A stretch of 64,000 bases of DNA from Nageia nagi (lineage: Eukaryota > Plantae > Pinophyta). Location of the stretch: contig JBITNC010000001.1 in NCBI GenBank assembly GCA_050084985.1, positions 98,642,001 to 98,706,000 on the forward strand, written 5' to 3'. This document shows, in pieces, positions 54,210 through 64,000 of this stretch. The first letter of the stretch is position 1; each line of letters opens with the position of its first letter. The notes beneath the pieces were generated by a model. It was not told the origin of the DNA. It was given only the letters and a program-made list of their open reading frames with translations, and searched no databases. The position numbers were made by a program, and so were the translations under genes.

Positions 54210-54920
54210 ATGATTCCAAAAGTCATGTTTTGACTTTTTGAGGCATGCGCCAGCCTTACCTACCCGTCCAGCTTAACCAACCTCCAAATGGCTAATTTTC
54301 GTTCTTTCATGCTTTTTTCTTGCACCTTTGCCAAATTTTCCCCCTTTGCTCGATCTTGGAGTCTTCATGGGCCTGGCGCATGGCTTAAAAAGTCACAAAC
54401 TTGTCTTCTGGAATCATTTGCTAGCCCTCTTGGGTGTGTTGCACTTGGTCTCGAGGTTCCAAGCTTCATGCCTTAGTCATTTTTCCTGGTCAAACAAATT
54501 GCAAGCCTTTCTGGGCTAGTTCCATGGTTCAAAAATTCAAGATTTTGTCTTTTGAGACATGCGCCATGCTCCTGGGTGCCTGGGATTCACTTCTCGATCC
54601 TCAGACTCACCTAGTTGCTCCTCCCAATCTGGTTGCACGATTCAAAGAGACAAGGTTTTGTCTTTGAAACCATGCGCTAGCCTTGAAGTATCCCTACCTT
54701 GTCTTTTTCGAGTTTCATCCCGGTCCAGTCTGCTCTCTGTCGTTGGCGCATGCTTCGAAAAGTCAAGATTTTGTCTCCTGGAGGCATATGCTGGGCCTGA
54801 AAGTGGCCCAGATTGCTTTTCCGAGCCTCAACTTCAGTTTGGACGGCTCCCAGGTCTAGTAGCATGTTTCAAAAATACAAGATTTTGACTTTTGAAATCA
54901 TGCGCCAATCCTTGGAATCG
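54210..54920. repeat. Degenerate ~113-bp tandem repeats in element C
   Basis: TTCAAAA..CAAGATTTTG(T/A)CTTTTGA..CATGCGC at ~54528, 54640, 54753 and 54868, with weaker copies at ~54215 and ~54390. Confidence 0.75.
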
Positions 54921-56731
54921 CCCAGTTTGGCTTCATCCTATCCCAACTCGCCCTGGACTCTCCTGGCTCACCTAAGGTCAACTTCCTGTTTCTAGACTTA
55001 GCCATTTTTTGGAAGAATTTCACACTTCAGCTTGTTATGACTGACTCTGGATGAAGAATGAGGCTTGAACCTGAGGGGCTTGTCCTTGAATCTGGGTCTT
55101 CCGACATCACTTGGGTTGGACAAGACTACAACATGACAAAGTATTTACATGAGGTGTTGAGGGTCCCCAAAATTCCAATATTTTGGGGCATGTTGGGTTT
55201 CAGTCACAACAGGCTGCCCACATGAAACCCCAAATTCTGATTTGTATTCTTCAACTCCACAACTCTGATTTGATCTTTGAATCTTATCTGAATGATGCCC
55301 TATAATCTTTCGACAATGAAGCACAAGTGTAAACCTTGAAATGAGTCCACTCATTCTCAACCTAGAGAAAAGGTTTCAGCCCTTGTTTACAAGGTTGGGC
55401 CCAAAGGTTCAGCCCTTGGCTCTTCCTCAAATGTTGGGTGCAGCCCTAATTCGTAGAATGATGAGTAAGGGTTCAGCCTTCCACTCTAAAAATCACAATA
55501 TCATAACATAACATGCTCAAAATGGGGTGCTCCACTTCTTTTATAGCCATTAGCTTCTAATTCTTCATTGAGGTTCATGAAAACATTAAAAATTACTAAA
55601 TACACCTAATTACTCCTAATTATCTTTTAAAAATAGAAAAATACTCCCAACACAAAAAATCCCATTTCCACATGTACTCAATTAGATTTTATAAAACAAA
55701 AGTAGAATGGGCATCCAAAAATGGGGACATTACAAAATACCAATGGATTGAAGAAGTTGACTAGCCTTTGAACACTATCCTTGATGCCGTCTATCTAAGC
55801 TCCTTGAGGTAACCTACTTTAACAAGCAACCATGACATTATCTGCCATAGACTTTAGTTTATGGAGATGAAGGATGATCTTGGGGATGCCTTCCTCACGA
55901 AGAGTCTGATCCGAAAATTCAGTCTAAACAATGTAGTGTTAAACCTTTTCTACAAGGGATCATACCCCACACTTGGATTCCAAACCACAAAACCATGAAA
56001 AACTGTTTGGTCAATGATAAAATCAAAATTCATCTTTGGAGGAGAAACACAAGCTCGTTTTTACTGTACTCTTGAAACATAGAAGAATTCCATAAAATGT
56101 GATAAATAATGATTGTTTATGATAAATATGTAGCGATTTAAGAAGTATATTCTTGAAAAGGCACGATCCTTGACTTTATATGTCTAACCCTTGTATGTAA
56201 TATTTCTATCACACCACATGTCTGAAAGTTTCACCTTTTAGGACTTCTTTCATTATGCAGATAAAGAATATGTGGAGGAGATGAATTATTTCATTAAAGC
56301 GTAAAGTAGCTTGTCTTGTGGAGCTCTTTGCTTAACGCTAATGAAATGTATTATAAGTTGTCATAGCTTGTCTTGTGGAGCTCTTTGTATATGTTCATTG
56401 CTTTACAAGAGATAGGAAGACACTCAACACCTCTGCCATCCTTATAAATGAATTTACATGTCTTGTTGATTTTATCAACTTGACTTTGAGTGATTGGGTT
56501 TGTAGAGCGAGCCTTACGATTTTTTGTGTTTCTTTTCCATATGGATTTAATAACTTTGGTACACCCTTTTTACATTTGTTTTACTGATTATAGCAACTTA
56601 CTAGATAAAACCTGTTGTGAAAGGAATGATTATCTTGTACAAGATTTTGACATTACCTCCTCATCGGTCATGTTTTAGCCTAATATATTTTGTGTATCTT
56701 TTTGATTCACATTCATTAATTTCTTCTGCAG

Positions 56732-56869
56732 GAAATCCAGAAAATTAAAAGCATCCAAGTCTCTGCGAAATGATGTAAATGTCCGCCAAGAACTTCAGGA
56801 TTTCATTTTTGCAGCAGGGCTTCCTTCTGATGCAGTACCATCATTTAAGGAGCTTAATCTTCATGGAAG
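56732..56869 (+). CDS. PTST3: Exon 2 of PTST3-like gene (PROTEIN TARGETING TO STARCH 3 homolog); downstream exons not found in window
   Basis: Acceptor TTCTTCTGCAG|G, donor AG|GTGAAC. Encodes RKSRKLKASKSLRNDVNVRQELQDFIFAAGLPSDAVPSFKELNLHGR, matching from memory the conserved PTST3 segment ..F...GLP..HVPS.KEL..HGR. Confidence 0.85.
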
Positions 56870-57339
56870 GTGAACATGATTTTTTTTTTAAAGCTTACAT
56901 CTGGAGGACCTCTTGACATATTATTTTTGAAAGAAAATTATTGCTTGGTAACAAAATGCTCTTTTATTATACGTTTTATCCATAGATCTCATTCTTGAGA
57001 TGTATATGTTTGCTCTTTTCTATGGCTTTTCTTTTTACTTCTTTGTGATAACTACAAAATGAAGGGGCTACCTTTTAATAGATATTGTTGAACAAGTAAA
57101 AGCTACTAAACATTACCATTTACTTCTATTTTGAATCACAGCCAATATGGTGAGTACCTCTCTGTTTTGTTTTCTTTCTCATACATGGTCAAAGGGTATA
57201 CTATGAGATTTTTGTATTGAATGTTGCTTATACAGAACTACCTTGAATATTGCAACAAAAGCTGTAAATCAAGTTGGAATTTTGTAGGAAAAGGTGCAAT
57301 GTTTAGTGATAGTAAGAAAACCGTGTTTTTTGTGCTTTG

Positions 57340-58109
57340 TTAGTCAATACACAGTTCAATGCATCATAAACAACCTTCCAATCATATTGGTAGGTGTAGA
57401 TAATCAAGGTATAATATTTGTAATACGGATACCAAAAGGTAAATGTGGCCCATACAAGGTGTTATTTTGTAATTTTAAGAAAATCCTTTATAATGTTGTA
57501 TATTTGTCAAAGAATTATATTTTGTTTACCCTATAAAAGATGCCATCCTTAGTGCACATTAGAGAGGAAATGAAGATTATGAATCTTCATCACAAGATTT
57601 TCAAAGCTTATCATTGCCGAGCCATTATTGAAGATCTTACACAAGGATTTGATTCATTCCAAGTTCATCACTTCAAAATCATCATTTGGTCATCTTCATC
57701 ATTCATGCGGTGTCAAGATCAATCGAAATGGGATCATGGTGTAGAGTGTGGACCAATTGCGATCTAGAAACCCTAGTTCCAAGTCGGTCATGATTTGATA
57801 TATCTGAGACAAATTGCTTGTGATCTATTCCAAAAGCTATATCTTAGCTTTTGGTTGATCATTTTTGCTCCAAAACACTTAATGATAATCCTATAGCAGT
57901 ATCATTTCAAATATATCATTAAGAAGGTTTGCAATAACTAGGGTTTGCCCTCCAAGAACACAAGTTGTTCGCCAATAGGCTTGTATATCATCCTCAAATT
58001 AGCTAAGTCACTTGCATATACTTATTTATCATTTCTGTTGAATATCATTGTATATATTGTGTATTTATTTATCATTTTTGTAAACCTAATTTAGGCATTG
58101 TATTAATAC
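57340..58109 (+). mobile_element. Possible solo LTR
   Basis: TATA CCCTATAAAAG at ~57529, telo-boxes, LTR-like composition; no convincing TSD. Confidence 0.35.
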
Positions 58110-58680
58110 CATAGTTATGAAACTCAGTGAATTTTTCAAAAACCTGCAGAGGTTGTGCCCGAGTTCACCCTTATGGGTTTTTCAGGCTTTACTTGGCAAG
58201 TTTTTATTGGCTTGCCAAGTTTTTCTTGCATTTTTTACTTTGATTCGAGAGTTAAAAAAAAACTCCCCAAGTTTGCAAAAAAAACTCGATTAACACAACA
58301 TAGTCATAGGAAGATGGCATTATTATTTTTTTCAAGCTGCCCTTATTTTAACTATTCCCAATTGTAGAAAGCAAAGGTAAGGTGAGATCAGATAAACAAT
58401 AACACTCATTTGCATTTTAAATCCAAAATTTTCTTCATTTTTAAGAATTTAACAGCCACACATTAGTTACATTTGAGGTAAAAAAATGTTTCAGCTGTCA
58501 ATGCCTAGACCCTAGGCCTTTTTTTTCTTTTGTAGTTTCTAACCACTTTGCTTATTCGTTTCTATGTCTAGCAACATTGAAATAAAATGGCAGAAAAAAG
58601 GGACCCAACTTGGAAGTATGTGAAGGATGGAGCAAAGAAGAGAGAAGTATTGTAATTTTGTGGGGAGAAAATTCATTTTG
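58110..58680 (+). mobile_element. hAT transposon 5' end with BED zinc-finger start
   Basis: CATAGTTATGAAACTC terminus, CGAGTT/AACTCG subterminal motifs, ATG 58587 MAEKRDPTWKYV...YCNFCGE (one frameshift). Confidence 0.65.
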
Positions 58681-58899
58681 TCTTGACTTCTATTTTGGAA
58701 TTTTGTTATTTCTACTTGCAATATTGAGGTGGCTATCTATTTCTGTAAGCAAACTTCTTCTACTTAGATTAGTGGTATCATATAGGTTGGTCTTGTCAGT
58801 GTTTGATCCCAAAGCGGAGATCAAGCCATAATCAGGCCATAAGCAACTTGGGCTCTAGATGCATGACCTCTTTGATTATCTTCATGTTAGTTTCAAAAG

Positions 58900-61800
58900 A
58901 TCCGAGATTAAATATTCATGAATGACTCTGTTTCGGAGCTTTTTCTCCCTCACTTCTAGAACTGATTCAAGTTCCAAAAGTAGCTTACCTTCCTCATCAA
59001 TTGGTGGAAATTCCTGTGAAGCTACAATGTGTTGTCCCAATGCCCTTTTGAGGCAAGAAATATGAAAGACATCATGTATTGTAGTACCAATAGGAAGCTC
59101 TAGCTGATATGCTACCTCTCCTACCTTCTTTAGTATCTTGTAAGGACCAGAAAACCATGGCTTAAGCTTCTCCCTACCGCTGTTTGTAATGGTGGACTGT
59201 TTGTAGGGCTGCAACCTCAAATAAACCATACCCCTTCATTAAAATATCTTTCTACACGCTGCTGATCTGCATATTTCTTCTGCTGATTTTGCGCTGTAAA
59301 AATATTATCCCTCAACAATTTTAATACATCCTGATGATCTTGCACAAAATCTTGAGCATGGGGCACTCGACTATCATGTCATATCGAGCAAATTAGGAGC
59401 CTCATAACCATATAAAGCTTTGAAAGGAGACATTTTGATAGATAAGTGGTATGTAGTATTGTAACAAAACTCAGCCATATTCAGCCATCCTACCCATGCA
59501 TTCTGCTGCCCTGAAATGTAATTCCTCAAGTACCTCTCAAGCCATATGTTAACTATTTCAGTTTGCCCATCTGTTTGAGGGTGGTAGCTAGTGCTTGGAG
59601 TCAATTTGGAGCCATTGAGTTGGAATACCTCTTGCCAAAAAGCACTCATAAATCTGCTGTCCCTATCACTAACAATGGTTCTAGGAAGGCCATGAAATCT
59701 AAAGACTTCCTTAAAGAAAAGTTCAGCCACTTGTACTGCTGTAAATGACACTGAAATGGCAAAGAAATGACTGAATTTAGTCAATCTATCGGCAACCACA
59801 TATATGCAATTCTTACCATGCACGGTAGGCAACCTAGTAATGAAATCCATAGAGATGCTATCCCATTTTTCTTTCGGAATTGGAAGTGGTTGTAATAGGC
59901 CTGCACTCAAAGTATGTTCTGTTTTATTTTCTTGACAAACAACAAATTTTTTTTGCATGTTTCATCACATCATCCTTTAACCCTTTCCAAGCAAACCTCT
60001 CTCTTACCAACCTGTAGGTCTTATAGAAACCTGGATGCCCTGCAGAAGGTGAATCACGAAGAGATAGAATAACTTTTTCCTTTAACTTTGATCCCGGCAC
60101 AAGAAAAATTCTGTCTTTATACAAAACCAGCCCATTAACCACTCTAAATTTTGCATCAGAAATTGCACCATCCAATAATTTACCAACAAATTCATTCTTT
60201 ACATATTCAGCCATCAATTTGGCTTTCAAATTCTCGTCCAGAGTTGAAAAAGAACAGAAAAGTGGGCTCCTAGAAAGTGCATCAGCCGCTGTATTGTTTT
60301 TCCCTTTCTTGTACTCAATATCAAAATCATAAGATTGTACCTTTGTGACCCACCTTTGTTGTCTCTCATTCAAGTCTTTTTGATTCAAGAAAAATCTTAA
60401 GCTATTATGATCGGTTTTAATGGTGAATCTACCACAAATGAGATACTGTTTAAACTTAGCCAAGGCATGCAAAATAGCTAACATCTCTTTCTCATAGATA
60501 CTAAAGGATTTTTCTGAAGGGAAGAGCTTTCTACTCTCAAAAGCTATTGGCTGTCCTCTTTGCATTAACACAGCCCCTATTCCTACTACCGAGGCATCAC
60601 ACTCCACAACGAACGGCAAATCAAAATTGGGAATAGCAAGAGTAGGGCAAGTTGTCAATACCTCCTTCAATTTCTCAAAAACATGTTGGGCATCATCACT
60701 CCAAGCAAAGGCATTCTTCTTTGTCAATTCTATCATAGGAGCAGAAAGTTTAGAAAATTCTTTAATGAACCTTCTATAATAGTTGCACAATCCAAGAAAT
60801 CCTCTTAGTTGTGTCAAATTTGTGGGAGTAGGCCAATTTTGAACAGCTGTAATTTTTTCAGGATCAAAATGTACTTCATTGTGAATAATAATATGCCCCA
60901 AATATAAAATCTTAGTAAGACCAAACTCACACTTGGATTCCTTTGCATAAAATTGTTGCTGTTGTTCCTTGTCAAGAACAATTTCCAAGTGTTTCACATG
61001 TTCATCCCAATCCTTGCTGTAAATCAAAATATTATCAAAGAATACTAACACAAAATATCTCAAATATTTTCGAAAAACATGATTCATAGTTGATTGGGAA
61101 GTGGCAGGAGCATTGGTAAGTTCAAATGGCATTACAAGAAACTCAAAATGACCAGAGTGGCATCTAAAGGCAGTTTTAGGCACATCCTCCTTTCTTACCC
61201 TGATTTGATGATAGCCACTATGCAAATCAATTTTTGAAAAATACTTGGCATCATACAATTCATCAATGAGTTCATCAACACAGGGAATAGGATACCTGTT
61301 ATTGATGGTCTTTTTATTAAGCACCCTATAGTCAATGCACATGTGGAGTGTACCATCCTTTTTCTTTACCAGAACCACACTAGAAGCAAAAGGACTACTG
61401 CTGGGCTGAATGTGTCCTAAAGCCAACAATTCTTTTATGGTCTTTTCTATTTCATCTTTATAGCTTTTAGGATGTTTGTATGGAGTAATCATGACTGGTT
61501 TTGTGCCCTTTTCCAATTCTATTACATGTTCAAAGCCCCTATAAGGAGGTAGACCTTGTGTCATGTCACCAAAAACTGATTTATATTTATTTAACAATTG
61601 CTGAATTTGTAAGGGATATTTTACCTTGCTGTACTTCTTTGTTGTAGGTATACCTTTTATGTCAAATAAACATGCACACCATTCAAGATCACACTGCTTG
61701 ATGACCCTTTCCATCCCCTTTGCTGAAACTGTAACTCCATATCCCTCATTCCTTGTAAGTTGTAACAGTATCGCTTTCCCCTTAAACTGAAATCTGATCA

Positions 61801-63200
61801 TGAGCTTTTTGTAATTACTAGTAACATCACCCAGCTCATAAAACCATTGTGCACCAAGCACAATGTGAGGCAAATCACCTGTAGGAAAAATATAAAAATG
61901 TAAAATGTCATGATATTCATCAATAGAAAACTCTAGATGCTTTACTACCTTATTAAATGGAGAAATATCCCCCTTTCCGGTAGTAACTTGGAATCCATAA
62001 AAGTCCTCCATTTTTACCCTTTTCGTTCTTGCAAAACCCTAATCCATAAAGTTATGTGTTGCTCCACCAACATTCAGGATGACTACATCTTCACCCAAAA
62101 TATGTCCTAACACCTTAATTGTTAAAAATTGAGGAGTACAATGCAAAGTGGCCAAAGTAACTATAGTAGAAGTGCTTATCAATGGTGTAGAAATAGTGAC
62201 ATTTTTGACTTGAGATGTGGCCACATTCAATGCTGCGTTTTCTTGTTCCTTGGCATCATAAAATTCTTCTTGGCATCTTTCAGATGATGTAGACTCCTTA
62301 TCGGATTCCTCTTCCGAAACTACCTCAATATAGTGCACTTTCCCTTTACCAAGACATCTATGACCAGGCTCCCAGTGTTTCTTATAATCAAAACATAACT
62401 TTTTTCTTCTTAACTCATTTCTAGAATTTTCATTCAACTTCCTATTACCTTGTGGGGGTGGGAATGGTCTCCTTGGAAAAGATTGTGTAGGAGGAAGAGG
62501 AACTCTTGTAGATGAATTTGATGGATTACCCCTTTCAAAATTTTGTAGGTACGGACCCTTGAATGACTTGTTTGGGCAAGTTATGCATCAAGTATTATTT
62601 CTGGGGGGAAGGTAGATTCTAACTTAAGAGCCTTTTGTATAGCACTCTCCAAATTTTTTGGTTCAAAAGCTTTTACTAGACCTGTAAGTGGATCAATCCA
62701 TCCATCAAAAACAAGTAAGTGACTCTACATGGAGAAATATTCTGTACCTGGATAGCAATCTTTTCAAACTTTTCTATGTACTCATGCAAGGAAGATGACT
62801 GTTTTAATGTGGCCAATTCTTCAAAATATTCCTCAACATTCTTCCTCTCAAATGTGCCCAAAACTTTTGCATTGAAATCTTCAAATGTAGTCACTCTATC
62901 ATGTCCTTGAGTAACAAGTCCATTGTGCCATCAATCATAGGCAACACCTTCCAAACTTAATGCAGTCAACTGTATTGCATCTTCTTCCGGTATGGGGTCC
63001 AAGGTGAAATAAATTTGTAGTTTTTGAAGCCATGCTCTAGCTGACAATCCATCCTTACTACCACTGAAAATAGGAATCTGAGTTTTCTGCTGCAATTTTT
63101 TATTTCTAGCCTCTTTCATGCCTGTAACGTTTTTACCAGCAATTCTGAGCCGTTTTTCAAAGTCGACCACTCTTCTAAATGCTTCAGATTTTAACATATA
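58900..63200 (-). pseudogene. gag-pol pseudogene (catalytic residues mutated)
   Basis: Protease LNVGGATHNF (Asp lost), RT FFDNIL (YxDD second Asp lost), frameshifts between ORFs. Confidence 0.9.
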
Positions 63201-63755
63201 TTCAGCAAAAAACAATTCCAAAACACCTTCAATTTCTTGATCCGGAACTTGTTGAGTGAACATTGGTTTTGATTGCTTTGGCAATACACTAGTAGATGCC
63301 ACATGACTTGATGTTCTCCTATTTGGCTTTGGCAGAAGAACTGTAACTAGGGCAAGGAACCCTATGCTGAAGACACACACACCAGAGACAAGAACTCAGA
63401 AAGAATCATAATTGAGAAAGCTTCACAGAAGTTTGGATGTTTGCAAAAATCCAACCAGCTCTGGTACCATGTGAAGATTTCCAAGGAGAGCAAATCACAC
63501 CCAAAAAAAGGAAACGCAAAGAGCACCACAAACAGCAAATGAAGCTGAAATTCTCAAATTGAATTCATTACGGAATGAGAATGGAGCCCAAATAAATAGG
63601 GCAAATACAAACTAATGTATAACAACTTGCCAACCATGCGGGCATGTAAATATGCACAAACTGAAAATAATCCTAGCACCACAACAAACTAGCTAGAGAA
63701 TAGTAAACCTAGGAAATAAATGAAAATAATCGTAAGTGAACTTAATACTCTAACA
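58900..63755 (-). mobile_element. Reina-like chromoviral Ty3/gypsy, 3'-truncated in the chromodomain
   Basis: LTR 63470-63755; PBS TGGTACCAGAGC (63458-63469); gag, PR, RT, RH and INT in ORFs 62931-63380, 62039-62437, 59924-62011, 59374-59958 and 58882-59229. Confidence 0.92.
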
Positions 63756-64000
63756 CCGCCCTTAAGTGAACAAGGAGATAAAGTGGCATATCCACAAAAA
63801 TGAGTTCCGACAACAAGGCCTGATCAGGTACTCATGTACAATATGTGCAAAGAATCTACTAAAAGATGATGAAAAAACCACATGGGAAAAAATCATCTCA
63901 CAATAGAAGAGGGAGGATGGAGAGGAAGATGTCCTCATCAATAGAAACTCTCCAGATGACAATGAGATAGTGGACATTGGGAACTATGATGATGATGAGG
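63756..64000 (-). mobile_element. PPT and 3' internal region of an upstream (copia-like) element abutting the LTR
   Basis: Minus strand reads CACTTAAGGGCGG|TGTTAGAG, a PPT-like tract directly before the LTR. Confidence 0.5.

Larger units (their letters stand above)
49130..55133 (-). mobile_element. Solo-LTR-like element C (6.0 kb) containing a long ORF
   Basis: Ends TATGGAAGTC / GACTACAACA (imperfect inverted termini); shares 3' ~1.2-kb architecture with element A; no TSD found; no gag/pol. Confidence 0.65.
48642..55734 (-). mobile_element. Solo LTR B (~1.1 kb: 48642-49129 + 55134-55734) split by element C
   Basis: TGTAAT...ATTACA termini, perfect TSD AAATA. Confidence 0.85.

Noticed and set aside
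56307-56388. 24-bp direct repeat (TAGCTTGTCTTGTGGAGCTCTTTG x2)
   Set aside because: Simple local duplication in an intron with no further structure
59924-62011. 695-aa ORF as a functional gene
   Set aside because: Gypsy pol fragment with mutated RT catalytic motif (FFDN) and flanking frameshifts
63790-64000. hAT transposase C-terminus on +, or chromodomain-like VHEYLIR on -
   Set aside because: No further motif support in either frame; better explained as a PPT-adjacent 3' UTR

Overview
Plant nuclear DNA, most likely from a large-genome gymnosperm (inferred from TE families, the PPR style and the giant intron). Bases 1-36.3 kb are old, CpG-depleted intergenic sequence. They hold a non-autonomous tRNA-Asn-primed Ty3/gypsy element with ~3.8-kb LTRs and a tandem array of primer-binding sites, two Ty1/copia elements, shuffled PPR pseudogene fragments around a CACTA TnpA remnant, an Ogre-like LTR+PBS and a decayed Tekay chromovirus. 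From 37.3 kb a real host gene starts on the + strand, a PTST3-like (PROTEIN TARGETING TO STARCH 3) gene. Exon 1 (37301-37476) splices in frame to exon 2 (56732-56869) across a 19.3-kb intron containing a LINE remnant and five nested solo-LTR-like insertions, four with identifiable TSDs. Two of these (40655-48590 and 49130-55133) carry a protein-coding ORF with its own promoter at the same position inside the apparent LTR. This is the most unusual feature of the window. The sequence after exon 2 holds a hAT fragment and a Reina-like Ty3/gypsy whose 5' LTR is preceded by a PPT and a copia-like 3' region. All calls were made by eye; no database searches were run.
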